Positions 1 through 10,397 of a DNA stretch of 64,000 nucleotides are shown in pieces (within the stretch, counting starts at the first letter, position 1; every line of letters starts with the position of its first letter). Where the stretch lies: IMG/VR virus record IMGVR_UViG_3300037834_000041, positions 1,609 to 65,608 of that record. One strand, given 5' to 3'. The translations under genes and the position numbers were made by a program. The notes beneath the pieces are model-generated. The model was not told where the DNA came from and searched no databases. It saw only the letters and a list, made by a program, of their open reading frames with translations. Source of the stretch: a virus.

Positions 1-113
1 TCAGTAGACTTCCGCCGGGGTGGTCCCGGTGGCCGTGGACGGAGGGCTGGATTCGCTAGCAGCCGGAAGGAGGTTTTTGGATTCGCTGCAATGAACAAGT
101 TGGAGACACTGCA

Positions 114-458
114 ATGAGACAACACAGCAAAGGGCAACAGGAAGCGCAGAAGGTAGTCGTGACGTCGGTGGGGGTGGGGTATTTACTCCCGCCAGAGGCG
201 AAGCCCCCCGCGTGGACGGACAAGATCGAACGCGGAGCCGTGCGCGTCGTCCTCTACGTTGAGAAGTGCCCCATCCGGAACAGCTATCGGTTCCTCATGG
301 CGAACCGGGGATATCGCCCCGAGGTGCCACAGTGGCTACCCACAGACCAAATCCCGAATGCCATCAAGTGCCTTCAGGATGCCCAGAAGGTTGATAAGAA
401 GGCGAAGCGACACCTCGAAGGAGGTATCCTCCGCCGGGTGATTAGGACACTTTTTTAG
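114..458 (+). CDS. Hypothetical protein (114 aa)
   Basis: ORF with ordinary, non-shadow amino-acid composition; no recognised motif. Confidence 0.4.
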   Translation: MRQHSKGQQEAQKVVVTSVGVGYLLPPEAKPPAWTDKIERGAVRVVLYVEKCPIRNSYRFLMANRGYRPEVPQWLPTDQIPNAIKCLQDAQKVDKKAKRHLEGGILRRVIRTLF

Positions 459-1123
459 ATCCCCGCAGAAGCTCGGCCCCAGCCGGGCTTCTGCACTTTT
501 CTAATCCCAAGTCGCATTACCACGTCGGTTTTCCGGCCCGCAAGCGTGTCCGGGCGGGACACTGCCAGCCGGACAGACCTCGCTACCGCTCCTCTTCGGT
601 AAGCCCTTTCGGGGCAAGAGCTAGAGCTCTCCAGCTCGGCTCGGTGCTTACAGAAGGTCGGCAGGTCAACTCCGCGTGCAGTCCGATTTTTCTCGACGAC
701 TCGCCGAGGTGGGCTGGGCCGCGTGTCGGCTTTTCGATTGTTCGCGGGACTCGAAACGAAAAACCCGGCCGGCAAGTATTTGCCGACCGGGGGCGGCGGG
801 AGCCGATTCAGGATCCCGCGCACAAGTGAACGTGAAGACATCCACTATAGCCTGCACGGAGTCGAAGCGCGAGACCTGTCGAGCTACGGCCGCCGACCCT
901 CTGTCGCTACTCTTTTCCGACACAACTCGGTGAGCTCCCTTCGGCTCTCAGCGTCGCGGGCAAGATTATCAATTTCCCAGGATTCGTGGTAATTAACCCC
1001 CGTGTGCGTGCCCAACGACCAGTCGGGACCGGAGGTACCACACCCGTGGTGTCCGCGGTCCCGACTGGATGTTTTTGAGGAGGTTTAGACCTGCTCCATC
1101 CGGCCGATCACCTGGGGCCGTGT

Positions 1124-1687
1124 ATGCCGCGCTTTTACGAGAACGAGTCGGAGGCGGTGCTGTACGCTTTGGACGAGATGGGTAGCCAAGAGCGGGCGCT
1201 CGTTGAGCGGCTCTTCGAGGCGTTCTCGAAGCACCCGCGGCCCGCCGACTGTGTCCCGCTCGTTCCGCCCGTTCCGTTCGATCCGAAGCGCCCCATCGTC
1301 AAGCCGTCTCGCTACGACCAATGGGCGTTGAAGTGGGAGCGGACGATCGCGCGCGACAGAAAACGGGAACGGTGGCGTCGTGTGTGGTGGAACCCGTTGC
1401 GAGATGAGGTCATCCGCTTCCTCCATGACAACGGACACCCGTTCTACGAGGGAAGGCCGCAACAGTGGCTCGAAGACGCGTGGGAGAACGACGCGATCAA
1501 CGTTAACGAAGGCAGGATGTTCATCATCTGGGACATCCTGGTCCACATCCAGGAATGGATCGACACCTTCGTCGGTGACAAGGAGGTCTACCCGGAGTTC
1601 TGGCCGCTTCCCGTGGTGGAACTGAGTATCAGCGAGGCAGAGGGACGCTACTGGGCTGTAGGAATCGCCGCGGGACGAGTCGTCTGA
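1124..1687 (+). CDS. Hypothetical protein (187 aa)
   Basis: ORF with globular, Trp-rich composition and host-like codon usage. Confidence 0.55.
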   Translation: MPRFYENESEAVLYALDEMGSQERALVERLFEAFSKHPRPADCVPLVPPVPFDPKRPIVKPSRYDQWALKWERTIARDRKRERWRRVWWNPLRDEVIRFLHDNGHPFYEGRPQQWLEDAWENDAINVNEGRMFIIWDILVHIQEWIDTFVGDKEVYPEFWPLPVVELSISEAEGRYWAVGIAAGRVV

Positions 1688-1790
1688 TGGAGAACGGTTG
1701 GTTACCGCCGGGTTCAGGACGCCACCGCCCTGAACCCGGCTTCGGATTTTTTCTGAGCACGCACGCGACACCGACTTACCGCTTCGGTTT

Positions 1791-3146
1791 TCAATTCGAA
1801 CGGCGCACACGCCTCTGCCGGTCGGCCCGCTGCCGGAATGATTCTTCGTCATATGCAATTCTCTTGTAAATCGACGATCTGCCGTCAAACACGCCGGAGA
1901 GGTCCGCGACGCAGCACCGATCGAACGGCATCCCGAGTATCGTCGTGACGGCTTCGATCAGTTCCTCACGAGTGACCGAAGAGGGCGATAACTCCGCAAG
2001 CCGGATGTCACAGGCGGCGGTGTAGAGGTTCGGCTCGGAGCGGAACTGGGCGGCGTAGTGGTGCCGGGCGAGGCGAATGTCATCGAGTTGTTTCCGCCGC
2101 AGTCCAGACTTGGTAGACATGCCCGCAAGGCGGCGGGAATGTGAGTAGTGGCTTGCGAGGTAGTAGTACGCGTGCGTCCGGTCGTTCGTACCGCTCAAGA
2201 GTTCCTTTGCCCTCGACAGGTCATTTTGGGCATCGTTCGTTCTTGATTCCAGATTGCTACAGAGTTTGAGCCGAGCGCCGAGAACGATCTGGCGCACCGA
2301 GAAGCCGTCCTCTCTACCGCGGACCCCGAATAGGTAATCAGCCCTCGCGCGGACGTGCTTCAGGAGGCTGAGTTCGATCTTCTCGTCGTCGAAAGCGTCC
2401 GACGGCTGGTGCCACGTCACACCGCTCACGGCTCGTCGCGCCGAAGCATCCACGGGCGAAGAGTGCCCGAGCAGACCGAGGAGCACCGCTGTCTTGCCGC
2501 TCTCGTCCGCCCGGCCCAGCGCTCGCTTCCCAATCGTGTGAACCGCCTTCATGTTCACAGGCGATTCCGTCCCCGCCAGATGCGCGGCCTCAAGCCAAGC
2601 GTGGGCGAGGCTCGCGACGCGGAGCCGCTGTTTGTCGCTACTCCCGCGATCGAGGTGCCCTGCTAGGTCGTGCAGCAGCCGGCGTGCGCGCGTGAGTGAT
2701 TCGCAGATTCCCCACCCGTCTCCCGGAACGACGTAGTAATTTCGAGCCAAGCCGCGCGTCAGGGTTTCGAGATGCTCGTCCACTCGCGAATGGAGTTCGT
2801 CGGCCTCGTGCCGGAGAATGAAGTAGTCGGGTTTGAGCTTGGGCAGCACTTCAGCGATCTCAAGCTGGCTCTCGTGCCCCCGAGCGAGGGCAAGGAACAT
2901 TTCGCACAGGTCTCTCCGCGTGTCCTCGGCTACCCGCTTGTCGGTCCGGAATAACTTTGTCACGGTGTGCGGGCTCTTCAACCGCCCGCCGCGGCGCTTC
3001 CAGTGTGTGATCGCCTCTTGAAGCCCAGATTTGTTCGGGGCGTAGTCAAACCTACGCAGTAGGTCGAGGAGCCGCTCCAAGTGAAGTGGTGCCCGCTCCC
3101 CTTGAACGATAGATCGCCTGCTCTTCGACTGCTGGCTCGCGGTCAT
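1791..3146 (-). CDS. Hypothetical protein, possible N-terminal HTH-like domain plus alpha-helical (TPR-like) repeats
   Basis: Long ORF; likely start MTASQQ at 3146; Ala/Leu-rich helical pattern. Confidence 0.5.
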   Translation of the reverse strand: MTASQQSKSRRSIVQGERAPLHLERLLDLLRRFDYAPNKSGLQEAITHWKRRGGRLKSPHTVTKLFRTDKRVAEDTRRDLCEMFLALARGHESQLEIAEVLPKLKPDYFILRHEADELHSRVDEHLETLTRGLARNYYVVPGDGWGICESLTRARRLLHDLAGHLDRGSSDKQRLRVASLAHAWLEAAHLAGTESPVNMKAVHTIGKRALGRADESGKTAVLLGLLGHSSPVDASARRAVSGVTWHQPSDAFDDEKIELSLLKHVRARADYLFGVRGREDGFSVRQIVLGARLKLCSNLESRTNDAQNDLSRAKELLSGTNDRTHAYYYLASHYSHSRRLAGMSTKSGLRRKQLDDIRLARHHYAAQFRSEPNLYTAACDIRLAELSPSSVTREELIEAVTTILGMPFDRCCVADLSGVFDGRSSIYKRIAYDEESFRQRADRQRRVRRSN

Positions 3147-3452
3147 GGCGTGCCACTCCGGTAAGTCACCTGGTCGGTCAGCCCATCCTACCCGCGCCCT
3201 CAACGCGAATGAAGCGTCAGCGCCGAGTCCGCGCATGTCCGCGCAACGCCGAAAACAGCCATTTACTTGAACTGCGCCCGCGTTGGGACAATGCTGACCT
3301 CGTGGCCGGCGATTCTCCCGCCACTCAATGAACTCCGCCCGATCCGCGTAGGGCTACCCAGCAAGGTGGCTCTCGACTCGCGATCGCGCCAACCGGCGTG
3401 TCGGGGCGTCCACGCGCCTATCGGCCGCGAGACCCCTTCAAGGAGGCAACGC

Positions 3453-3995
3453 ATGTGCTCGTCGAACCGTTCCGATCCAGACCTCGTCGCCTGGCTCCGC
3501 TACCTGGACCGATGGACGTGGCAGAACCGGGCGGTCGTCGTCCCGATCGCCCTCGCCGGACTCGCCGCGGCGGCCGTCGGCCTCGTCGCCCACTTCTTCG
3601 GGCCGACCGACCTCGAGCGGGCCGAATCGGACCTTCGCAAAGCCGGGGCCGTCGTAAACGCGATCGAAGCCGAAGCCCCTCGGCAATTGAAGGACTGGCG
3701 AGAGCACCGCCAGGAGGCCGCCCATTACCGGAAGCTCGCGGACGAGAACAAGGACAGTTCCGACGTCGAGTTTCTGGAGTGGCATCTAGCGACAGCCCGA
3801 GGCCACTCCCGGCTCGCGGGCGCAGCGTCCGACCGGCGCGATCACCTCCTTCGCCTCGCCGCGGAGTACCGACGACTTCTCGCCGAGGCACAGTGCGAAA
3901 TTCTGGAGGCAAAGGAAGCGCGAGAGCGGGGGATGCCTTACGAAGTTGCCCCGCGCGTTCGTGAACTCCTGAAACCCATCCTCACCAACCACTGA
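3453..3995 (+). CDS. Membrane-anchored coiled-coil protein (180 aa)
   Basis: AGGAGG RBS at 3441-3446; TM segment AVVVPIALAGLAAAAVGLVAHFF followed by coiled coil. Confidence 0.6.
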   Translation: MCSSNRSDPDLVAWLRYLDRWTWQNRAVVVPIALAGLAAAAVGLVAHFFGPTDLERAESDLRKAGAVVNAIEAEAPRQLKDWREHRQEAAHYRKLADENKDSSDVEFLEWHLATARGHSRLAGAASDRRDHLLRLAAEYRRLLAEAQCEILEAKEARERGMPYEVAPRVRELLKPILTNH

Positions 3996-4009
3996 CTCCG
4001 GAGGTCTCG

Positions 4010-4306
4010 ATGAACTGGCTCTGGGCCTACTTCCGCCGAAAGACCTTTGAAGCGATCCAAGCCGGTGTTCACGACGCCCTCGTGTCCGGAGCTAACCCCT
4101 CCGGCATGACCAACGAGCAAGCCACGCTCGCGCTCCTCGCTCTCGCCCGCACGCTCGACCCGACCGCAGTGGCAGGAACCGGAGAGCTGAGTCCACCGAC
4201 ACCACCGCAACTTACCGGCCCGACGCCGAGCGGCACCGGAGAGGCGACAGACCAGGTCAGGAGAGGCCCAGGCCGTCCGAGAAAGCACCAGGAGCCACCG
4301 CAATGA
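4010..4306 (+). CDS. Hypothetical protein (98 aa) with an AT-hook-like RRGPGRPRK tail
   Basis: GGAGG RBS upstream; stop overlaps the next start. Confidence 0.55.
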   Translation: MNWLWAYFRRKTFEAIQAGVHDALVSGANPSGMTNEQATLALLALARTLDPTAVAGTGELSPPTPPQLTGPTPSGTGEATDQVRRGPGRPRKHQEPPQ

Positions 4307-4497
4307 ACAACAAGATTTCTCTCACCGCCCGTGATCGCGAGATCGTTCCCGCGCTCCTGCACAAAGTGCCTGCTCATTCAGAGTCAGTCCTCGCGCTTTG
4401 GTGGCCGGATACTGACGACCCGATCACCTCCGCTGACGACACGCCCGCTGCACGCGAGCTCGCAGCTCCGAACTCTCCCGGAGCACTTCCAGATTAA
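4303..4497 (+). pseudogene. Truncated, diverged duplicate of the 5' end of the downstream replication-relaxation gene
   Basis: CCAGGAGCCACCGCAATGAA is identical at 4288-4307 and 4520-4539. Peptide SLTARDREIVPALLHKVPAHSESVLALWWPDTD parallels SITDRDRAILLAVLHKVPILSEAALALWWQDTD. Confidence 0.75.
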
Positions 4498-4534
4498 GTC
4501 GGGCGCGGCCCGGCAAATTCCAGGAGCCACCGCA

Positions 4535-5218
4535 ATGAAGAGATCGTTCTCCATCACCGACCGCGACCGCGCGATCCTCCTCGCGGTTCTGCACAAGGTC
4601 CCCATTCTCTCGGAGGCAGCCCTCGCGCTGTGGTGGCAGGACACGGACTCCAGCCGCGACAACATGAGCCGCCGCCTCTGGCAACTCCGCGAGGCAGGTC
4701 TTCTCGCCCGCTACTCACTGCCGGTCCAAGCAGCACCGCGAGTCGAACTGTTCTACCACTGGGTTCCCGGGATGCCGGAGCCTGACTTCGGTGCGCTCGC
4801 GTGGCAACTGTCTCGACGGTGGCAGTCGCTCGAAACGCGCCGAACGGTCTTCTACACCGCGACGGCAACTGCCGCGAACCGCTACGGGCGAACTGTTCAG
4901 AACCCACTCCGATCGACCTCGGCAATTCCTCACGCGATCTTGCTCGGGCAACTTTTTGCCCAACTCCATCACACGGCTCCGACACTCGCGAGCGGTTGGG
5001 TTGCGGAAGAGGTTGTCGCCGATTCCCGCGGGTACGGGCAGAAGGTAGTTGACTGCCTGATAGTCGATTCCTCTTCAACGCCCGCCCTAGCTCTTGAAAT
5101 CGCAGGCGCATCCTACGCCGCCTCGAATGGCGAGCGCCTCCGCGAGATTCACAAAGATTGCTCAGAACGTGGCTTGCCTTACGAGATGTGGACCGTTCCT
5201 GAAGGGGGTGGGAAATGA
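4535..5218 (+). CDS. Replication-relaxation family-like protein (wHTH plus PD-(D/E)XK-type fold)
   Basis: N-terminal ITDRDRAILLAV...RRLWQLREAGLL; IPHAILLGQLF; KVVDCLIV...ALEIAG. Confidence 0.6.
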   Translation: MKRSFSITDRDRAILLAVLHKVPILSEAALALWWQDTDSSRDNMSRRLWQLREAGLLARYSLPVQAAPRVELFYHWVPGMPEPDFGALAWQLSRRWQSLETRRTVFYTATATAANRYGRTVQNPLRSTSAIPHAILLGQLFAQLHHTAPTLASGWVAEEVVADSRGYGQKVVDCLIVDSSSTPALALEIAGASYAASNGERLREIHKDCSERGLPYEMWTVPEGGGK

Positions 5219-5916
5219 CCGCCGCAGACGAGTACACGAACCTGTCCGAACACGCGCAGCTTGCGGCTGACCATGTCTGCCGACACTGGCTCGCGACGCC
5301 TGACGTTGTGCGCCGGGTAATCTGCCCAACTCTTTCTCTCGACGCAGCACGAAAGTTCCTCGCGCGACTCGTCGAGCGGGGCTGGCTCGTCAGGCACGTG
5401 CTTCCCGAGGGCGAACCGTACTTCGTTCTGGGGAGCAAGGCTGTAGCGGCCTTCGGACTCCGCCGGTCCACTCGGGCGCTCGGCATACAAGCTCTTCTCG
5501 AACACTACGCGGTCCTACTCGCCTGCACGCGGCGGGGGTGCGGGGTCATTACCGAGGACGAGTTCCGCGCCGAGTTCCCGGACCTCTGCGAGCCGGGCCA
5601 GTCGGTGAAGAACTTCTTCGTTGACGAGACTGTCGTGCCGTTCCGCCTGGGTCTCTTCGTCGTCGATCACGACAAGCGGAGCTCCCGCCTCGTCCAGAAA
5701 GTCCGCCAGCGCATCGGCCGGATGATGGATACGGACCGACCCGCTCTCCGCCAGCTCGTTCTAAACGGCGGCCTGTCGGTCTCTGTGCTCACCGCCACCG
5801 AGGGCAAACGTGCGAACCTGGCTGCCGCGTTCGCCCGGAAGCCCCTCCGGTCCGTCGCCGTGACCGTCGAGGCCCACCCCGAACTCGAATCACTCTTCCT
5901 CGTGAACCGGAGGTAA
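5215..5916 (+). CDS. Second replication-relaxation-like protein
   Basis: wHTH motif AARKFLARLVERGWL and EHYAVL; translationally coupled to the upstream gene. Confidence 0.5.
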   Translation: MTAADEYTNLSEHAQLAADHVCRHWLATPDVVRRVICPTLSLDAARKFLARLVERGWLVRHVLPEGEPYFVLGSKAVAAFGLRRSTRALGIQALLEHYAVLLACTRRGCGVITEDEFRAEFPDLCEPGQSVKNFFVDETVVPFRLGLFVVDHDKRSSRLVQKVRQRIGRMMDTDRPALRQLVLNGGLSVSVLTATEGKRANLAAAFARKPLRSVAVTVEAHPELESLFLVNRR

Positions 5917-5921
5917 GCTCC

Positions 5922-7406
5922 ATGGCCCGAGAATGGTCTGCCCGCAAGAAGACGCATCTCGTCAAAGACGCAATCAACCCGTCTGCCTTCCGTGCCGCCT
6001 ATGCGCTCTGGCGGGAAGGCCTCGCGCTGCCCGACGCGAGAATGCTGGTGCTCCGGCTGCTCGTCGCCTACACGCTGATCTTCCTCCCGTTACAGGTCGG
6101 GGTGTACTTCCTCGCGGCCCGCTCGCTTGTTCTCGCCGCCCTGCTCACACTCGCTCTCGCGGCCGCCCTCACCGCAGTCGCCGTAGCAAAGCGGCTCGGC
6201 CTCGAAGAGCTTCTCCAGAAACTCCCGCTTCTCCTCGTCTTGGTGCTGGTCGGAGCCGGCCTCCTCTACCTCGCCGGCGATTCACCCTGGAAGAGGGACG
6301 CGGTCGGCTTCGAGTTCTTCGGCACGTTCTTCATCGTCATCGCCGTGGTCTCCGTCTTGGGGAACCTCTACCAACCGCTCGCCGCCGCCTACCAGACTCT
6401 CACCCTGAAAATTCCGGTCCGGGACCTCGCCCTCGCGGCCGCGGGGCTCCTCGTTGCACTCGCACTGGTCGCGGTGAGCCAGGTGCTTGATCGGTCAGCA
6501 GCCGTCGTTCTCGCCTTCACGCTCGCGGGCGGTTACGCCGCCCTCGTCGTCGCCGAGCACGTGGCCTGGATGCGGGCGAACCCGGCCCGGGGCCTGGACG
6601 AGGACACGCCGGATGCGACGAAACCGGAAAGCGACAGGCACCGCGTCCGCGTGCTCGCAAGCGGCCTCGTGACTGGGTTTTCCTACGGGCTCTTTGTCGT
6701 TCTCGTCATTTGGCCGCCACAGCGGGCACCGTGGACCGATCCCTCGGCGCTCTCAGGAGGGCTCCTCGACGGCACCGCCGTCGTTCGGCTCTGGTGTGTG
6801 GTGTTCTTCTCTCTCGGCCTGTTCGGCATGAACGCCACACTGGGTTCGCTCCGCTTGCCACGCCAGAAGGGCGTGTCTTACCGGCTCCCCTGGGACGCTC
6901 TGGTCGTGTTCCTGACCTACCCCAACACGACGCACCCGCTCTCTTACCGGATCGGCGCGAAGTGGTTGAGGCCGCTGGGGGTGAGGCTCGCTCTTACCGG
7001 CCTCGTGCTCTCGACCTCGACGACCGCCCTCCTGGTTTCCGTCAGGAAGCCCGACGGCGCGGCACACTCTCCCAAAGCAGTCGCCGTCGCACCGCCAGCG
7101 CATGGGGTGAGCTACCCACGTCCGCTCTCCGCCCCAGATAGGCTCTCACCGTACGAGAGATGGCACTCCGATCGTGACAGCGTCCCAGCCGTTTCAGCCG
7201 CGAACCCCGGCCCGGAGCGGGTCCAGCCGCCCGCAGAGGTAGAGTCCGGCTCCTCGTCCGCCGGGGCCTTCGTCGTCTGTGTTTTGATCCTTCTTCTGTT
7301 CCCGCCCTCACTCGTCTACGCGATGGTCTTCACGCTCGGGATGTTGGCGCTCCCGCGCTACCACCACCGCTACGAGGCTCTCCCCAGCAGCGAACCGGCC
7401 AAGTGA
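5922..7406 (+). CDS. Polytopic membrane protein (494 aa)
   Basis: Many hydrophobic segments; lies directly upstream of the coupling-protein-like ATPase. Confidence 0.65.
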   Translation: MAREWSARKKTHLVKDAINPSAFRAAYALWREGLALPDARMLVLRLLVAYTLIFLPLQVGVYFLAARSLVLAALLTLALAAALTAVAVAKRLGLEELLQKLPLLLVLVLVGAGLLYLAGDSPWKRDAVGFEFFGTFFIVIAVVSVLGNLYQPLAAAYQTLTLKIPVRDLALAAAGLLVALALVAVSQVLDRSAAVVLAFTLAGGYAALVVAEHVAWMRANPARGLDEDTPDATKPESDRHRVRVLASGLVTGFSYGLFVVLVIWPPQRAPWTDPSALSGGLLDGTAVVRLWCVVFFSLGLFGMNATLGSLRLPRQKGVSYRLPWDALVVFLTYPNTTHPLSYRIGAKWLRPLGVRLALTGLVLSTSTTALLVSVRKPDGAAHSPKAVAVAPPAHGVSYPRPLSAPDRLSPYERWHSDRDSVPAVSAANPGPERVQPPAEVESGSSSAGAFVVCVLILLLFPPSLVYAMVFTLGMLALPRYHHRYEALPSSEPAK

Positions 7407-7471
7407 CATCGCCCGCGCCAAGCTTGTTCTCTGTTTCCTGCTTCACTCACAACCTCTTCAAGGAGCCCGAC

Positions 7472-9136
7472 ATGACCAGTAGAGAAATCGAAGCGGCCCT
7501 GGCAATCCACCCCGAACGCCTCCGAGCCATCCTGCATCAACTCCACGACGGTGGCCGCCCGCCGACGCCGTGGGACGTAAAGGTCGAGCGGCTGTTAAAC
7601 GGCCTCCGTGACCCGCACCTCTACATCGGCAGGACGGTCCGCGACGGCATCCCATGGCTGCTAGCTCTGGAACTGCTCGCGTCGCACGGCCACATAATCG
7701 GCGGCAGCGGGACGGGGAAGACAGCGCTCTGTCTCACGCCGCTCGCCCTTCAACTCATCGCCCGGGGTGATGCGTCGGTCGTAGTCCTTGATGCCAAGGG
7801 AGACCGCTCCCTTTTCTGGAGTTCATTCATCGAGGCCGCACGAACCGGGCTTCCGTTTCGATGGTTCACCATCGAGCCGGGGTGCGCGAGCTTCTCCTTC
7901 AATCCGCTCACCCAGACCTATGACCAGGATCGCACCTTGAATGCGAGCGCGCAGAGCGAGCTTGCATCATTGAGTCTCGATCACGGCGACGAGTACGGTG
8001 CAAGCTGGTACACGGCTGGACATCTCGAAATCATAACCGCCTTTTTCGAGAGGTTCCCTGACATCCGCTCTTACGCCGACTTCTTGCGGTACGCCGAAGA
8101 GCCTGGCAGTTACATCGCTACGAACACCGACATGGATAGCGCGCGGCACCTCCGAATGGTGCTGCGGCAACTCGCCGCGATAGCGCCGCTCAACATCAGC
8201 GAGTCATCCCGGCCGGCCGCGCGTCCGGAAGTTCTACGGAACGGGATCGATCTCGCTGATGTCGTCACCAGGAAACAGGTGGTTTACTTCAATCTGCCTT
8301 CGTTGGAGGAGAGGATCACGGCGAAGAGCGTGATGAGGCACGCCATGTTCGGCGTGGTGCAGGCGGCCAAGACGGTCAGTCGTACTCGCAAACTGGTACC
8401 GGTCTACCTGATCGTTGACGAGGCCCAGCAGGTGCTCAGCCAGCACACCAAGATCCTCCTCGAAATGGCCCGATCGATGGGCGTGCACCTGATCCTCTCC
8501 CACCAATCTGTCGATCAACTCCGGACCGCACACTGGGACATCGCGAGCGTCGTCGAAGGTTCGACCACGTTCAAGCTGAACTTCGAGGCGAGCTCGCTTG
8601 CGGCACTACAGAGCATGATCGCGTACGGCGGCGAGGAGCGCGTGCCGACTCTCTCCTACACACAACGGCTCCACCCCGGATTCAAGGAAAACGACGACGA
8701 CGCCTTCTCACCACGCCTGGCTCACCCGCGGGGCGAGTTCGAGCCGCCGCTCGCTACGGTCGGAGAAACGTATCGGCCCGTGCTGACGGCGCAACAGATT
8801 CTCGCCGTCAGCGCCCACCCGCTCCGGGCGTTTGCTCGCTCCCGCAGTGACGGCGGCCTCACCCAGTATGCCGGGAAGTGGGTCGAAATCGAGTGCGAAT
8901 TCCCGATCACCAAAGACGAGTACAACCAGCGCAACGAGACGCCGATCCCAGCGGAACACCCACTCTGCATCACGGTGGAGTCTGGTCGTAAAGTCCCACG
9001 GCACGCCCCACTCACGAACAAGCCACTTCCTGTTCAGTCACCGCCTCCCTCAGTGGACCAGGCCATCGCCGCGCGCCTGAAGGCACTTCGTAACTCGATC
9101 CGCGGGAAGCCCTCTGATCCACTCGCGGAGGAGTGA
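7472..9136 (+). CDS. Type IV secretion coupling protein-like ATPase (TraD/VirD4/TrwB family)
   Basis: Walker A HIIGGSGTGKT, VVLDAKGD, Walker B YLIVDEAQ, ILSHQS; AGGAG RBS at 7461-7465. Confidence 0.8.
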   Translation: MTSREIEAALAIHPERLRAILHQLHDGGRPPTPWDVKVERLLNGLRDPHLYIGRTVRDGIPWLLALELLASHGHIIGGSGTGKTALCLTPLALQLIARGDASVVVLDAKGDRSLFWSSFIEAARTGLPFRWFTIEPGCASFSFNPLTQTYDQDRTLNASAQSELASLSLDHGDEYGASWYTAGHLEIITAFFERFPDIRSYADFLRYAEEPGSYIATNTDMDSARHLRMVLRQLAAIAPLNISESSRPAARPEVLRNGIDLADVVTRKQVVYFNLPSLEERITAKSVMRHAMFGVVQAAKTVSRTRKLVPVYLIVDEAQQVLSQHTKILLEMARSMGVHLILSHQSVDQLRTAHWDIASVVEGSTTFKLNFEASSLAALQSMIAYGGEERVPTLSYTQRLHPGFKENDDDAFSPRLAHPRGEFEPPLATVGETYRPVLTAQQILAVSAHPLRAFARSRSDGGLTQYAGKWVEIECEFPITKDEYNQRNETPIPAEHPLCITVESGRKVPRHAPLTNKPLPVQSPPPSVDQAIAARLKALRNSIRGKPSDPLAEE

Positions 9137-9411
9137 CCTTGCCGCTTGCGAGTGAAGTCACGACCTGGGAAGAGCGAGACGCCTCAAGGACTGGCGGCAA
9201 CGAATCACCACGGTTCCGGTCTCGGGTGCGAACGAACGCCGAGCCGGAACGCTTCAAGCAGCGACTTGAGAAGCTCGGCCTCTTCGCGCTCGTGGAGAGC
9301 ATCGAGCGGTATGAGACGAACTGGCACTGGAGCGGGACCGGGCAGGGCTATGAGATCCTCTGGCGGGACGGGACGACCTTCGCCGACCTCCTCCCTCTGG
9401 CCCGACTGTGA
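9133..9411 (+). CDS. Hypothetical protein (92 aa)
   Basis: GTG start overlaps the ATPase stop codon. Confidence 0.4.
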   Translation: MTLPLASEVTTWEERDASRTGGNESPRFRSRVRTNAEPERFKQRLEKLGLFALVESIERYETNWHWSGTGQGYEILWRDGTTFADLLPLARL

Positions 9412-9524
9412 GCCGGAGGCGGAGTTCCGCTTCCTTCCGCCTGTGGAACCTTAAGCCGATCCCAACGTAACTTCTTTCCACGCAGCAACACGGCCGCCAG
9501 CGGCGGAGAGAGTGGGCGACAGCT

Positions 9525-9821
9525 ATGACCCCGCCGAACGACGAACTACTCGTCCGGTTACAGAAGATCGAGACGCTCCTTTCTGCGCTCGTTGAGCAGC
9601 GCACGGTAAAGGAGTGGTACTCGACTGCGGAGCTAGCAACACTTCTCGGACGGGCCGAGTTCACCGTCAGGGAGTGGTGCCGACTCGGCCGCGTCCGGGC
9701 CGAGAAGAAAAAGTGCGGTCGGGGGCCTGCGAGTGAGTGGATCGTCAGCCACGAGGAACTCACTCGCGTGCGGAACGAGGGGCTTCTTCCGGACGCCCGT
9801 TCACCCCGCCCGCTCACGTAA
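9525..9821 (+). CDS. Helix-turn-helix (HTH_17/excisionase-like) protein
   Basis: KEWYSTAELATLLGRAEFTVREWCRLGRVRA pattern. Confidence 0.75.
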   Translation: MTPPNDELLVRLQKIETLLSALVEQRTVKEWYSTAELATLLGRAEFTVREWCRLGRVRAEKKKCGRGPASEWIVSHEELTRVRNEGLLPDARSPRPLT

Positions 9822-9996
9822 GCTCCCACTGGTCTTGTACTTCATTTCGCCCGACACACCTCTTTCCCTCTGAAAAAAATCGCTTCGCTACCGACATCGA
9901 CTTCGCAGCGTCGGAAGTGCGATACTAGGACTGAATGCGTAGACGAACTGGCCGTTATGGCCACCGCGGCGAGAGACTGCGGAGTCACCGCACTGC

Positions 9997-10305
9997 GTGA
10001 GGGAGGATCCCCTTCGACACCGACCAAAGGCTGCCCCGCGCGACTACGAGCCCCTCAACTATGCAAGTCACCGCCCCGCCCGTGGGGGCGCGCAGTACAC
10101 GCGGTATCAGCGTGGGGGTAAGGACGACTTGCTCCGCATCCGCGAAAAGGCCGACACGCAACGCGTCGTACTCAGCGTGTTCCTCGTTCAGCCCGGCGCG
10201 TCAAAGAGCCAGATGACTTCCGAGCAACTCGAACTTCTCGCCGTCACCGAGAACTACTTGATGGAAACCTTCTGCGTTCCCTTCGGCGTCATCACGAGCC
10301 CGTGA
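9997..10305 (+). CDS. Hypothetical protein (102 aa)
   Basis: ORF with plausible composition; no motif. Confidence 0.4.
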   Translation: MREDPLRHRPKAAPRDYEPLNYASHRPARGGAQYTRYQRGGKDDLLRIREKADTQRVVLSVFLVQPGASKSQMTSEQLELLAVTENYLMETFCVPFGVITSP

Positions 10306-10378
10306 CGCTCGGGCGAATCGGAATCGAAAGCGGCTCGCTTCATCCAAGTTCCTGCACCATCGGTTCGTCAGATACGTT

Positions 10379-10397
10379 TGGGGACAAAATGGGGACA
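10379..10397. repeat. TGGGGACA direct-repeat pair, possible integrase arm-type site marking the element end
   Basis: TGGGGACA at 10379-10386 and 10390-10397 (11-bp period). Confidence 0.35.
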
